Positions 63,622-64,000 of a stretch of DNA of 64,000 bases are shown here, in pieces; position 1 is the first letter of the stretch; the number at the start of each line of letters is the position of its first letter. Location: assembly GCF_022045235.1 (NCBI RefSeq), contig NW_027266264.1, positions 81,158,001-81,222,000 of the forward strand, in the 5' to 3' direction. Under the pieces are notes generated by a model. It saw only the letters and a program-made list of their open reading frames with translations. It made no database searches and had not been told where the DNA came from. Source of the stretch: Haliotis cracherodii. Lineage: Eukaryota. Position numbers and translations under genes: made by a program.

Positions 63622-64000
63622 TTCTGTTTCACACAGCCTTGGAGGAAGAATAACCAATATAGGATGGCGCTTGGTACTAAGATCCTGACCGTTCTGTTCC
63701 ACACAGCCTTGGAGGAAGAGTAACCCATTATAGGATGGCGCTCGGTACTAAGATCCTGACTGTTCTGTTCCACACAGCCTTGGAGGAAGAGTAACCCAAT
63801 ATAGGATGGCGCTCGGTACTAAGATCCTGACCTTCTGTTCCACACAGCCTTGGAGGAAGAGTAACCCATTATAGGATGGCGCTCGGTACTAAGATACTAA
63901 GATTCTGTTCCACACAGCCTTGGAGGAAGAGTAACCCATTATAGGATGGCGCTCGGTACTAAGATCCTGACCGTTCTGTTCCACACAGCCTTGGAGGAAG
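63622..64000. repeat. 70-71-bp minisatellite in FKBP8 intron, truncated by the window end
   Basis: CACACAGCCTTGGAGGAAGAGTAACCCATTATAGGATGGCGCTCGGTACTAAGATCCTGACCGTTCTGTTC. Confidence 0.95.

Overview
Eukaryotic (animal) genomic DNA, not prokaryotic. It has spliceosomal GT-AG introns, AT-rich introns and many SINEs, MITEs and minisatellites. The SINE sequences resemble mollusc families, probably gastropod/abalone (inference from recall, not a search). Five housekeeping genes can be assembled by hand with consistent splice phases: the last coding exon of TIMM44 (+, 843-962; missed by the ORF track), a complete C9orf85 homolog (-, 4 coding exons, 222 aa), a complete ABHD17 depalmitoylase (+, 2 coding exons, 288 aa) head-to-head with it, SNRNP35 (-, U11/U12-35K), and the first six recognisable coding exons of FKBP8 (+, runs off the window). 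The ~23-47 kb interval is repeat-dominated: about eight minisatellite arrays, nested SINEs, a decayed Tc1 transposase, foldback elements and a 194-N gap. The long ORFs in the ORF track there are repeat artefacts. Best leads: (1) ABHD17 ends in UGA-CUAG, the canonical readthrough context, followed by an open, strongly acidic 49-codon extension and two more in-frame UGA-C stops; (2) a retroposon family whose non-tRNA 5' head shows compensatory changes consistent with a pseudoknot (candidate ribozyme or structured RNA); (3) the C9orf85-ABHD17 head-to-head pair matches the human arrangement; (4) FKBP8 intronic arrays whose units look like tandem mini-introns; (5) AcademH-like MITEs with 10-bp TSDs and a RecQ-like relic, and a Kolobok-like element inside the SNRNP35/FKBP8 divergent promoter region.
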